64,000 nt of DNA. Source: a virus. Numbering within the stretch: position 1 is the stretch's first letter; each line of letters starts with the position of its first letter. A model generated the notes under the pieces. The model ran no database searches and was not told the origin of the DNA. It saw only the letters and a program-made list of their open reading frames with translations. The DNA lies in the IMG/VR virus record IMGVR_UViG_3300036832_000974, positions 24,796-88,795 of that record. The stretch is one strand, 5' to 3'. A program made the translations under genes and the position numbers. Shown here piece by piece: positions 45,398 through 54,638 of the stretch.

Positions 45398-48300
45398 AGG
45401 CGTTGAAGCGCTTCATCGTCTCTTCATCGTGCAGATCAAGCTCGCCGTACCAGTCGCTGCCGAGCAGCAGCTCCTTGCCATGCTCGGAATCGGCAATCGC
45501 CCACACCGCTTTCGGATCACTGTCGTCGATCAGCTCGCGCAACGTTGAGGCATCGCCCTCGTCAATCTCGCCGCTGCCTTCAGCCTCGCCAATCTGTGGC
45601 AGCTCGCCATTATCGCGAGCCCACGCGAACTTGTCGCGCGCACGCATGCTGTCCCAATATTCGCGCTGGTACTCGGTAATATTCTCGCTGATGTAATCCG
45701 TTGGATCGAGATCGCCGCGGCGGTTCTCAGCCTCCTTGTTGAAGACCTCCTTGACCATGTCTTCAAGCTGGCTGCGCTCGTCGTCAGTCAATTCCTTGGT
45801 CTGCTCTGGCTCAATGGTGACGTCCGGGTCCTCTTCCCCGTCACCACGGCGATCGTCGTAGGTGATCGTCGTGTTGTGGAGTACGTGCTCCAGACTGGTA
45901 CCCTTGCTGATCAGATACTGACCGACCGACGGGCTCTTCACGTCTTCGCCTTCGCCAATCACCAGAGCGTGCCCAAGCATGCCCTTCGATGCCCACACAT
46001 AGACGTCCTTCTCGTCGGCCAGCTGCGTCTTCGCAACGGCGAGGTCCTGGCCACTATCGCGCCAGCTCTCAGACTCGCTGTCGATGAAATCCTGCTCGGT
46101 GTAGTCGGCCCAGGCACGGAAAATCCGCTCCTGCTCATCGTCGCCGATCTCATCCCAGCTTTCCGGCTCATAGCCGCTGCGGCCACCGCCTAGCTCGTCG
46201 AGCTTCTCGGTCATCCAGACGTTGAGATCGTTCTGCCACGACCTTTCAGTTGGCACGTAGCCGTACTTCGCCCAGGCATAGCCGCCGACATCGATGTCGG
46301 CGTGCACCTCAACGGCATCAAGGCCCATCTTCTGGTACATCGCGACATTGCCAGCGAGCAGCTGCTTGCCAACGTCCTTGCCCTGCGAACTGTTGTAAAG
46401 CTTGAAGTAGTCGCTGCTCGCCTTATTCGTCTCGAAATCGATCGTGCGTGTATACTCGCCAATGGTAATGCCATCGGCGTTCTCAAGCTTGCCACTAATA
46501 TTCCACGAGGAACGGTCCTCCTCCTGGATGACCATCGTGCCGGGCGTGCCACCAAGAAATTCCTGCCTGAACTGCTCGGGCGCTTCCTTCACACGCTCAC
46601 CCCACAGATCAAGAAACTTCTTGAGCTTCCCTGGATCGCCCTTGATGTCGTTGCCGATCTCGACCTTGCCCTTGTCAAAGTCTGGCAGTGAGACCTTCTC
46701 GCCGGGGATCGGCGGAAACACGCCGGGGAATAGCTCTTTCTGCGCTGGCTTCGGTTGCGAAGACGCAGCTGCAGCTGCGGCCACCCTTTGCGCCTCGGCC
46801 TCCACCGCCAACCCTGTCTTGTACGCCGCCGCCCGCCGCGCTTCTGCGGCTTCCCGCTGGCGCTTCCAATAGGGATCGCTCGCGGGCTTGTTCGTCCACC
46901 GGCCGCCAGCAGCGCGCGGATGCTTGCCTTCCTCATACTCGGGCTGCGGCGGCGCATCAGCCCACCAGCGCCAATCAACGACCATCCGCGCACGCGGTGC
47001 GCTGTCCTCCTTGGCGTAACGCTGGTCAAGCCACGGGAACGGTCGGCACCGACACCGCGGGTGCGCCGGGAATTGGCCGATGTACTCGGCGAGCGTGTAC
47101 GGCGCAGCGTCAGCGAGATCTTCGCAGATCTGGCACACGAACTCATCGCCAGCGGTGCGCACACCAACGAAGCCAACCCGCGCCATGCTCTTAGGGATAG
47201 CAGCCTGCTGCAGCTCCTCGAAGCGCTCCATCGCCTCGACGACGTTGGGGTCATCCGGCTCGATATCATCACGCACCCGGCGCCGAGAGCGGGGGGCATC
47301 GCGCGGGGAAGCAGACGCTGCCGCGCCGCTCTCGGGCACAACGCCCACCGCCCCAATGCCATGAGACCGGTAGACGCTGATCAAAGCCCGGGTGAACGCC
47401 AGCACCGGCGCTGTGTCGGCCAGGAGCGGCAGCCGCTGGTCGGCCACCTTGCCCAGCTCGACATCGAGCTGATTGAACGCCCGGATCGGCGTGATGGTCT
47501 GGTGCGCGCTGGCGGCAATGATGCCGTCGGCAACGCGCACCAGCCGTTGCTGAATGGCTGCGCCGATACCATCCAGCTCGCGCTTCGCCAGGGTAACGAG
47601 ACCCTCAAACTCATCATCATTGTGAACGGCGGCGACCCCCGTCTCGGAAGCCGCCGCCGCCACACCATCCTGCCAAGCCCGGTGTAGAAAAACGCGTGTC
47701 CAGTCACCAGTCGTCACACCCATCATGGCGACATGAAGCGAATGTCCGAAGGCGTCGAGCCGAGTGTTAGCAGGATGAAACGCCATCGGGCCGGATTGGC
47801 CCAATGCCAGCACGTCATGTTCAACCACCAGCCGCCGCATCTGCGCCCGCACCTGCCGCAGCCGCATCGCGGCATCAGCACGGAAGCGGGCCCGGACCGG
47901 ACCGGTGCCAGTGGGGTCGCTCTCGCGTTCCTCATCCCCAAAAAAGCGGGACCGCGAACCTGCGGTCCCAGTCAGGGAGGAAACTCTCGGCGCCCTCGCC
48001 GAGCTGTCAGCGGCGAAAGGGCGGCGCGAATCGCGCGCGCCTCCCCCGCCGTTACCTTTGGGTGGACCGATCTGCTTGGGCGGCGGGTCCGGCGCATACT
48101 GCTTACCCATTTTCGCCTTGTGCTCGACCACCTGTGGATCGTTCGGATCGAGCATGCCGCCGGACATGCCGAGCTGCATGCCTTCCTCAGCATCCCAGTC
48201 CGCCTCATCGTCGATCGCTTGCTCGATGCCGGGATACAGGAAGCCGTCTTCCATCAGGAAGTTCTGCCGCCCGGTCTGCAGCACATGCGGCGAGATGATG

Positions 48301-49574
48301 CCGGAGCCAACATCGATCTGATGCGCCTGCGCCGCCTTCAGGTTCATGTCGGCCTTCTCGGTCGCCGACAATTGCCAGAGCGGATTCCACTCGTAGCGAA
48401 TGCTATCGTCGCGCTCGCCGAATGTGTGCCGGATCAGCACCTCATCGAGCCGCGTCAACAGCGGCGTGTATTTCACCTTCTGATCGGACGACAAGCGATC
48501 GTAGTAATTCCTCAGATCGCTCTCGCCCGTCGCATTCATGCCATCGGGCGACTTGCCCATGAAGCGCGTCGCCGGAATATCCGCGGCCGCGCATGCCAGC
48601 ATGTAGTAGATGCTGATGACCTTGTCGTAGTTCGACAGCTGCGGCGTGATGCGCTCAAACTCTTCCGCCATATCGACCAACAATGCATTGATCGTCGATT
48701 TGCCAATGTTGCCCTGAGCAAACCGATTGAACAGCTCTTGCGTTCCGATCTCGGTCATCATCTTCGCGGTGAGGTTCGGCACCTTGAAGATGTCGAGCTT
48801 CGCCTCACTGATCAGCGTCGCGATCGACGACGAGGCCATGCCGGCCGCCTTCAACGCGTCCTGCACCACCTGCAGCACGCTGTCGCCCCACGCATCAGGT
48901 GCATTCTCGATGTCGGGATATTGCGCACCCACCAACCGGATCACCCGCGACGGATGGATCATCAGCATGTCACCGGGTGCCTGCCCCATCGTCGGCAAGC
49001 CAACGTTGGCAATGCGCGAATCGGGCGGATCGACCGTCACCGTGTTGCTGCGCTGGTAATAGGTCGGCTCACCAAACCACGCCGAGGTGATCTCACGCAC
49101 CGGCGGCCCAGCCGCAATGAAGTTCTTCGACACCACGTGCACGAACTTCAGATCGCCCTCGCGGATCGCGTCGAGATCCAGCTCGTCCTGAAAGGTGCCC
49201 TGGTCAACACCCATGACCATCGCAGCGCCGCCATAGAGCCGCGCCATCTTCAGCGCCAGCAACATCTTGCCGGGGATATCGAACATGCGCTCGGTGTCTT
49301 CGAGTGCCGACACCTGCTCCTTGTCGGCCTGCCACTGCCGCCACGCCCGCGTCATGTCGAATGCAGGAATGTCAATGATCTTGCGCGCCGCCCAGTCGCC
49401 ACGATACGCAGCTTCGAGCTGTCCGTTGTCGAGCGGACATAGCCACCACTGCTGGCCCAGCGACTTGTCGCGGCCGGGCACACCGAAGCCTGCAAGGAAA
49501 TTGCGGAAGCTGTCGCCGGTCATCCGGTCGAACACCGCGCGCGGGAATCGGACGATGTTCGAGAGATCAACCAC
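45354..49574 (-). CDS. Portal (DUF1073) - MuF minor head - GNAT acetyltransferase fusion
   Basis: AGGAGG RBS before GTG 49574. Portal motifs IIDIPAFDMTR, ARLYGG, AADIPATRFMGKSPDGMNATGESD..NYYD. MuF motif VCQIC...PAHPRCRC. GNAT motif QGKDVGKQLL...DVGGYAWAKYGY. Confidence 0.88.
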   Translation of the reverse strand: MVDLSNIVRFPRAVFDRMTGDSFRNFLAGFGVPGRDKSLGQQWWLCPLDNGQLEAAYRGDWAARKIIDIPAFDMTRAWRQWQADKEQVSALEDTERMFDIPGKMLLALKMARLYGGAAMVMGVDQGTFQDELDLDAIREGDLKFVHVVSKNFIAAGPPVREITSAWFGEPTYYQRSNTVTVDPPDSRIANVGLPTMGQAPGDMLMIHPSRVIRLVGAQYPDIENAPDAWGDSVLQVVQDALKAAGMASSSIATLISEAKLDIFKVPNLTAKMMTEIGTQELFNRFAQGNIGKSTINALLVDMAEEFERITPQLSNYDKVISIYYMLACAAADIPATRFMGKSPDGMNATGESDLRNYYDRLSSDQKVKYTPLLTRLDEVLIRHTFGERDDSIRYEWNPLWQLSATEKADMNLKAAQAHQIDVGSGIISPHVLQTGRQNFLMEDGFLYPGIEQAIDDEADWDAEEGMQLGMSGGMLDPNDPQVVEHKAKMGKQYAPDPPPKQIGPPKGNGGGGARDSRRPFAADSSARAPRVSSLTGTAGSRSRFFGDEERESDPTGTGPVRARFRADAAMRLRQVRAQMRRLVVEHDVLALGQSGPMAFHPANTRLDAFGHSLHVAMMGVTTGDWTRVFLHRAWQDGVAAAASETGVAAVHNDDEFEGLVTLAKRELDGIGAAIQQRLVRVADGIIAASAHQTITPIRAFNQLDVELGKVADQRLPLLADTAPVLAFTRALISVYRSHGIGAVGVVPESGAAASASPRDAPRSRRRVRDDIEPDDPNVVEAMERFEELQQAAIPKSMARVGFVGVRTAGDEFVCQICEDLADAAPYTLAEYIGQFPAHPRCRCRPFPWLDQRYAKEDSAPRARMVVDWRWWADAPPQPEYEEGKHPRAAGGRWTNKPASDPYWKRQREAAEARRAAAYKTGLAVEAEAQRVAAAAAASSQPKPAQKELFPGVFPPIPGEKVSLPDFDKGKVEIGNDIKGDPGKLKKFLDLWGERVKEAPEQFRQEFLGGTPGTMVIQEEDRSSWNISGKLENADGITIGEYTRTIDFETNKASSDYFKLYNSSQGKDVGKQLLAGNVAMYQKMGLDAVEVHADIDVGGYAWAKYGYVPTERSWQNDLNVWMTEKLDELGGGRSGYEPESWDEIGDDEQERIFRAWADYTEQDFIDSESESWRDSGQDLAVAKTQLADEKDVYVWASKGMLGHALVIGEGEDVKSPSVGQYLISKGTSLEHVLHNTTITYDDRRGDGEEDPDVTIEPEQTKELTDDERSQLEDMVKEVFNKEAENRRGDLDPTDYISENITEYQREYWDSMRARDKFAWARDNGELPQIGEAEGSGEIDEGDASTLRELIDDSDPKAVWAIADSEHGKELLLGSDWYGELDLHDEETMKRFNAYVGKAKRAEAKPAG

Positions 49575-49693
49575 GCAAAGCCTCCTTTCCTGATTTGCGA
49601 CATAACCGCGCGGAAAATACTCAATGACTATGGACGATACTCGCCCATAACCCATTGACCATTTCCGCAAACTCAAAGTGCAGTTTTCGAGCA

Positions 49694-49702
49694 TGGTATA
49701 AT
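49694..49702 (+). promoter_or_regulatory. Extended -10 promoter (TGGTATAAT)
   Basis: Exact TGnTATAAT about 60 bp upstream of ORF 49761. Confidence 0.65.
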
Positions 49703-49760
49703 GCGCGCACAGCCGTCGGAATGGTCCGGCGGCTGGGCTGTTTGAAAACTGGAGAAAGCT

Positions 49761-50159
49761 ATGGCGATTTACACGCGCCTCGGCGCACCCGTACGCATCG
49801 TCGCCGCCGAGCGGCGCACCCGATGGTGGATCATGAAACGCGGTCGATCTTACGTGCTCGACCGTGAGCCCACCGCCACCCAGCGCAAAGGCGCGAAGGA
49901 GGAAAGCCGGTTCGCAATCTGGTGGATCAAGGCCGAGCAGATCGGCGCCTATCCCGACGGGACCGGGACCGAAGGTATCGGCAAATTCCTACATGCCCCC
50001 GAGGACAAGACGCGGCGCGGCTACCTCGATGAAACGTTCTTCCGTGCGGACGACGGCATCAGGGAGATATACGCCGAGTGCAGGAAGCAAGCGAAACCCT
50101 CCCCGACGGTGTCAGACGTCGGAGAGGGCGAGACAACCCAAAGAGAGGAAGAAATCTAA
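49761..50159 (+). CDS. Counter-oriented hypothetical protein (moron)
   Basis: GGAG RBS and its own promoter. Confidence 0.7.
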   Translation: MAIYTRLGAPVRIVAAERRTRWWIMKRGRSYVLDREPTATQRKGAKEESRFAIWWIKAEQIGAYPDGTGTEGIGKFLHAPEDKTRRGYLDETFFRADDGIREIYAECRKQAKPSPTVSDVGEGETTQREEEI

Positions 50160-50197
50160 CCTACCACGCCCGCGGCCGCCTCGAAAGGGGCGGCCGT

Positions 50198-50470
50198 TCA
50201 AGCATGCCCCGATCGCTCGCTCTCCGGGACGTCCTCTTCAGCGAAGACTGGGGTGCTGCCGATCGACTGTTCGATCGCGAACTTCATGACGGCCGTCACA
50301 AAGTCGAGAAACTGGCGCTTGAGAACAGGGTTGCTCTGGATCGGACCGATCATCGTCGACGCGATCAGCTTCGCGTTCTCCATGGTGCCAACCTGAGCCA
50401 GATAGGCGTTCCACCACTCACCCTCCTCGCGAAGAGCTAAGCGAACGGGAAGCTTGCGCATCTTGTCCAT
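50198..50470 (-). CDS. Hypothetical protein
   Basis: RLALREEGEWWNAY...PESERSGHA. Confidence 0.7.
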   Translation of the reverse strand: MDKMRKLPVRLALREEGEWWNAYLAQVGTMENAKLIASTMIGPIQSNPVLKRQFLDFVTAVMKFAIEQSIGSTPVFAEEDVPESERSGHA

Positions 50471-50478
50471 TCGGCTTT

Positions 50479-50655
50479 CTACCACGCTCGCGGGCGCCTC
50501 GGAAGTTGCATCTGCTTGAGCATGCGCCGCTGGCGGCGCCGGGTCTCACGCAAATAGCTCATCCAACGGCGCCGACGCTGCTCGCGCCATTCCATCACGA
50601 CTGCCATCGTCAATGCGATCGCCATGATAACCAGCGCAACAAAGGCACAGCTCAT
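50479..50655 (-). CDS. Small membrane protein with basic tail
   Basis: N-terminal TM helix, Arg-rich C-terminus. Confidence 0.45.
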   Translation of the reverse strand: MSCAFVALVIMAIALTMAVVMEWREQRRRRWMSYLRETRRRQRRMLKQMQLPRRPRAW

Positions 50656-50665
50656 CCGACGTTGT

Positions 50666-50917
50666 TCATATCGGCGCGCCCCTCGGCACCCGAAACTCAC
50701 GCTGGTCGACGTTGACGATCGCAGCATAGGTGCCAATACGCACGCCGAACCGAAACGGGCCGAGACGCGGATCCACATTCGGCGGCGTGGTCGCGCCATC
50801 AGGCAGCATCAGAACAACGTCACACGTCGGCCCCCTGATCCGGCCGATCCCGACCACCTCGGTACCGTGGTGCTCGATCATCAGCGCGCACAGGCCGGCG
50901 ACCAGCGAGGTGAACAT
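50666..50917 (-). CDS. Hypothetical protein
   Basis: 83 aa, abuts the upstream gene. Confidence 0.5.
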   Translation of the reverse strand: MFTSLVAGLCALMIEHHGTEVVGIGRIRGPTCDVVLMLPDGATTPPNVDPRLGPFRFGVRIGTYAAIVNVDQREFRVPRGAPI

Positions 50918-51112
50918 CTATGGCGCCTGTCCTAGCTCGTACATGCAGCTGCGATACCAGAAATTCTGCTGGCTGTCGTAGTCGTAGTATTTCCCTGGCG
51001 GGTGCCGCTTGCTCTCGACGTTGCAGTAGCGCAGCGCCGCATCACGGCCGTGGATCACCGGCGGCAGCGTCGACGACCAGCACGTGAAGAAGATCATGCA
51101 GGGCACCCACAT
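50918..51112 (-). CDS. Small Cys-containing protein, paralogue A
   Basis: CNVESKRHPPGKYYDYD...SCMYELG. GGGAG RBS. Confidence 0.75.
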   Translation of the reverse strand: MWVPCMIFFTCWSSTLPPVIHGRDAALRYCNVESKRHPPGKYYDYDSQQNFWYRSCMYELGQAP

Positions 51113-51127
51113 TGCAATTCTCCCATG

Positions 51128-51151
51128 AAAAAAGGCCGCACAATGCGGCCG
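51128..51151 (-). terminator. Intrinsic terminator
   Basis: Minus strand reads GGCCGCA-TTG-TGCGGCC-TTTTTT. Confidence 0.75.
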
Positions 51152-51248
51152 CTGAAAAGCCCTGACTAGAGCACCAAAGCAACACTTCTAATTAATTGCT
51201 CGCGGCGCAGGTCAAGGGTGCGCCGCGAGGACCTCTCACTCTACGTGC

Positions 51249-51437
51249 TTACGGCACGTAGCCCGCGCTGTACATGCACTGCTGATAGTAGTGACTCCAC
51301 GCCATGTCGTAGTCGTAATACTTCCCGCGTGGGTGATTACGACTCTCGACATTACAGTGCTGGATCGCCAGCTCGCGCGGCGTGAGCTTCACGTCGACAA
51401 GGTGGCACTGGATCAGCAATGCACAGACTTCCAACAT
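51249..51437 (-). CDS. Small Cys-containing protein, paralogue B
   Basis: CNVESRNHPRGKYYDYD...QCMYSAG. AAGGGAG RBS. Confidence 0.75.
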   Translation of the reverse strand: MLEVCALLIQCHLVDVKLTPRELAIQHCNVESRNHPRGKYYDYDMAWSHYYQQCMYSAGYVP

Positions 51438-51655
51438 CGCAATACTCCCTTTGAAAATGCCGCACCCAGTGGGCGGCATCGGGAGTCTTACCCGCCATCG
51501 GTTCCATCTGTGTGAAATACTTCACACAGCATTGCCAACAAGTTCTCGTCACCCACTCCAAACTTTTTCGGCAAGAAGGCCGAGCACCATAATCCAGGTC
51601 AGGACCACCACCGCCACACTCACAGCCGTCAGCCAGTTTTCGCCGCTGCCCAGTC

Positions 51656-51946
51656 TCACCGTCTACGCTCCACGCCCGAGTCAATGTCGTGGCCGGCCAT
51701 CAGCCGATACTTGTTCGCTAGCCACTTGGCGAACGCCGCATCGTTCCTCGGCTTGCACAGATAGCGCACCCGCGGCCGCAGCGATCTGTAATCGGCAACA
51801 ATGTCCTTGACCGACAGCTCACGCGGCGACTCGTTGAACATCCGGCGCGCCAGCGGCCCGAGACTATCAACCGCGCGCATCTCGGCACGGACATCGAAGT
51901 AGCCCGCCTGACTACGCAAGGCGGCGATAACGGCTTTTATCTTCAT
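51656..51946 (-). CDS. Hypothetical protein
   Basis: ATGA overlap with the upstream gene. Confidence 0.55.
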   Translation of the reverse strand: MKIKAVIAALRSQAGYFDVRAEMRAVDSLGPLARRMFNESPRELSVKDIVADYRSLRPRVRYLCKPRNDAAFAKWLANKYRLMAGHDIDSGVERRR

Positions 51947-52467
51947 GGCGGCGGCACCACGATGCGCGCCAGCCCGGCGCCGTATTGCTCGTAATGCGTC
52001 CACTCGCTGACCGCGACCCACGGGCGCCCCATGCGCTCGGTGGTCAGCGTATTAACGGTCTCGCCGGTCTCCAGCGACGTCCACCTGATCATCCTGATAG
52101 GAACTAAGCTCTTGTCCTCAACGAGCTGCGGCGCCGACCAGCGCCGCTCAAAGATGCGCGGGCGGCCGTTCCATTCACCCCAGTACAGATGACGCGCCAA
52201 CTCGATCGTCGGCGTCGACCACCCGCATTCGCACTCCTCACGCCACGCCCGCTCGATCCTCTCCTGACGCTTACGCGCCTCGCGATCGATAGCCTGCGAC
52301 AACCGCAGCATCGGAATCGGCTCAGGCCACGTGCGCGTGTCGCTGATGTCGCCGAGCGAACGCGTATGGATGGTGCCGCACCGTCGCAGCTGCTCGATGA
52401 CATCAAGCGGCGCGAAGTCGTCGAAGTCCTCATCGATCGGTTCTGCAAAACCAAAGATGCCAGCCAT
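51943..52467 (-). CDS. Hypothetical protein
   Basis: 174 aa in operon orientation. Confidence 0.6.
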   Translation of the reverse strand: MAGIFGFAEPIDEDFDDFAPLDVIEQLRRCGTIHTRSLGDISDTRTWPEPIPMLRLSQAIDREARKRQERIERAWREECECGWSTPTIELARHLYWGEWNGRPRIFERRWSAPQLVEDKSLVPIRMIRWTSLETGETVNTLTTERMGRPWVAVSEWTHYEQYGAGLARIVVPPP

Positions 52468-52485
52468 GGCGGCAGCATAGCAAGA

Positions 52486-52740
52486 TCAGCTTTCAACGTC
52501 TTCGGGATCGACGCTCTTGCCTTCCGCACACCGCTTCAATGCCGCGTACTGCTTGGGCGTCAGCCGTTCCCATTGCTGGACCGCCGCATACATCGCTGCA
52601 CTAAAGGCGAGATGCGGGTTCGCCTTGATCCACCGCGCCTCGCGCGGATAGTCGCGGCAGAACGTCTGCCATCGCCGATCATGGATGGCATAGACCCGGT
52701 GTCGAGCCCGCTCCATGAACTGAACGAATTCACTGCTCAT
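52486..52740 (-). CDS. Hypothetical protein
   Basis: LTPKQYAAL motif common in small phage proteins. Confidence 0.6.
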   Translation of the reverse strand: MSSEFVQFMERARHRVYAIHDRRWQTFCRDYPREARWIKANPHLAFSAAMYAAVQQWERLTPKQYAALKRCAEGKSVDPEDVES

Positions 52741-52756
52741 TTAGTGAACAATGTTT

Positions 52757-53053
52757 TCAGGGCTTGTCATCTGGTTCAACCCATTCTTCCATGCAGGATT
52801 TGCAGAGGCGAGCCGAGGCCCCGCGCGCGTCCCAAATTATTAAAGGGATGTCCAGCAACGGCCCCGCGCAAATTGCGCAAAGCTCGCGCGGTTGACTCTC
52901 AGGTAAGCCCCAAGCGCAGAAGCGGTCAAACCCCGCCTTGAAGCGCAGCTTCATTGAATCTTCACTGAAGACATGCGGCAGCCCGCCTTCACACGGCCCA
53001 TCACACATTCCGCAGCCGTGATAACCACGACACCACGGCGTGATGGTTCTCAT
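52757..53053 (-). CDS. Cys-rich hypothetical protein
   Basis: ATGA overlap with the terL stop. Several CxxC motifs. Confidence 0.55.
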   Translation of the reverse strand: MRTITPWCRGYHGCGMCDGPCEGGLPHVFSEDSMKLRFKAGFDRFCAWGLPESQPRELCAICAGPLLDIPLIIWDARGASARLCKSCMEEWVEPDDKP

Positions 53054-54519
53054 TGAAACCCTGCGTACGTTGTGTCGTAAATCGGCCCCATGGTCAGGTG
53101 CTGGAACGCCATCGCCGCAGCGTCGCCCTGATCGAGCGTCTTCGAGAACGGCCACCCTTCCAGCTCTTCAAGGAAACCCTCGACCCAACGCCCTGCCACC
53201 AACAGCACATTCGACGCCTGCACCTGCGCCGCAAACGGCTCGGCGCGCACCGTCTTCTCGCCGGTCACCTTGTCGAGCACGACAACGAAGCCAGCGAGGT
53301 TGCGAGCGGTTGCCTCGGCTGACTCCTTGCCGCCACTGCCGGGCTCCTGCTCGACAACGATCTTAAAATTCCACTGCATGTGACCCAGCGACGTCCGCGC
53401 CGCTTCGGCAGCTCCCTTGATCACCTGCTCACGCTCCAGCGCCCCCCAGCGCCCTCGGAGCACAGCCTCAATAAGAAACTGGCCGTTCTTGAGACTGTGC
53501 ATCAACACAATCGCGGTGCAGGCGCCATCACCATCCTTGGTACCCGCCTTGTCGATCGCCAGCACGCTGGCGGTGATCTGCGAACGATCGAACACCGGAA
53601 TGATGTGGAGCTTCTCGATGGGAAACATCCCACCGCCGACAAGGTACGGCTCTTGCTGGTACTCAGCTTCCCAGCTCGCCTCGCTCATCAGCCGCTGCTG
53701 CGAGCGCAGCATCGCCAGCGGCTTGAACTCCGGAAACAACGGCTCGCCGCGCTTGCGGTGACGCTCGTCCTGCTCGGCGATCGCCTTGAACTTCAGGACG
53801 CGGATGTCAGCGCCCTCTTTCTCCAGCGCGCGACCGAGCGGATCATCGATGTGCCACCGCGTCATGATCCACAGCATGCCGCTGTTCGCAGCAAACCGCG
53901 GCCGGAATACGTCGGTGTACCAGTTCCAAATCTTGTCGCGCATCACAATCGAGTTGGCGTCGGCGCGATCCTTCACCGGATCGTCGATGATGCCGAGATG
54001 CAATTCCAGCCCGTTGATGCCTCCGCTCACCGTGACGTTGCGAAAGCTGCCGCTGTGGCCAACGTACTCAACGAGGCTGGTGTTGCGCACCCAGCCCTTC
54101 GCCCCGATCGTGGTCTTGAACACGTTCTGATAGCGCTCGGACTCCATCATGCGCTGCATGCCGAGATTGCAGCGCTCGCCGAGATTGTCCAAGTGCGACG
54201 CGTAAATCGTTTTCATGTCGGGCGCCTTGCCAGCGAGCCACGACACGAAGTCCTCGGCCGCGAGGCTCTTGCCATGCTGCGGCGGCGCCATGATCGCAAG
54301 CTTCGGCCGCTTGCCGTTGACCATATCCCGGTAGAACTGCTGCAGCGCGTCGGACAGCGCCTGCGTGAACCAGTTCCACTTCATGGTCGGCCGCATCATC
54401 TTGCGATATGCGGCGAAGCTGTTGCGCGAGTTCTGGTATTCGCGAAGCTCGATCGCCTCGGTCTTCTCGTCAGGCCAGATCAGCGGCGGCTTGATGTTGA
54501 GGTTCATTGGTGGCCACAC
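53050..54519 (-). CDS. terL: Terminase large subunit
   Basis: Walker A APPQHGKS, Walker B GIIDDPVK, motif MTRWHIDD, nuclease IDKA...EQEPGSGG...DQGDA. Start is GTG 54519 or ATG 54507. Confidence 0.95.
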   Translation of the reverse strand: MWPPMNLNIKPPLIWPDEKTEAIELREYQNSRNSFAAYRKMMRPTMKWNWFTQALSDALQQFYRDMVNGKRPKLAIMAPPQHGKSLAAEDFVSWLAGKAPDMKTIYASHLDNLGERCNLGMQRMMESERYQNVFKTTIGAKGWVRNTSLVEYVGHSGSFRNVTVSGGINGLELHLGIIDDPVKDRADANSIVMRDKIWNWYTDVFRPRFAANSGMLWIMTRWHIDDPLGRALEKEGADIRVLKFKAIAEQDERHRKRGEPLFPEFKPLAMLRSQQRLMSEASWEAEYQQEPYLVGGGMFPIEKLHIIPVFDRSQITASVLAIDKAGTKDGDGACTAIVLMHSLKNGQFLIEAVLRGRWGALEREQVIKGAAEAARTSLGHMQWNFKIVVEQEPGSGGKESAEATARNLAGFVVVLDKVTGEKTVRAEPFAAQVQASNVLLVAGRWVEGFLEELEGWPFSKTLDQGDAAAMAFQHLTMGPIYDTTYAGFQ

Positions 54520-54638
54520 CTTAGGATCGTAATATGCGCAGTGTGGCCAGCTGGCCGCTCCCTTCGTTCGATCCCGCCAACACGGACGTCACAGGATGTC
54601 GACAAATCCTCAGTCCGATAACCGAACTTATACCACGG

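Noticed and set aside
13496-49442. Long + strand ORFs (13496-15010, 16288-17481, 17980-19608, 31214-32854, 47733-49442 and similar)
   Set aside because: They are antisense shadows of well-supported minus-strand genes in high-GC DNA, Arg-rich and without recognisable motifs or RBS.
48190-49574. DUF1073 region as anti-CBASS Acb1 (a common database label)
   Set aside because: Motifs and position indicate a portal. I saw no paired HxT/S 2H-phosphoesterase domain.
49575-49694. Upstream extensions of track ORFs (portal from 49694, DUF2213 from 44326, 36459-37253, 25823-26665)
   Set aside because: Better RBS-associated or coupled starts lie downstream, and the extensions overlap other genes or regulatory DNA.
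54511-54576. HDV-like/theta ribozyme in the terL leader
   Set aside because: P1/P2-like nesting exists, but the P3/L3 consensus and catalytic J4/2 C are lacking. Retained only as a pseudoknot candidate.
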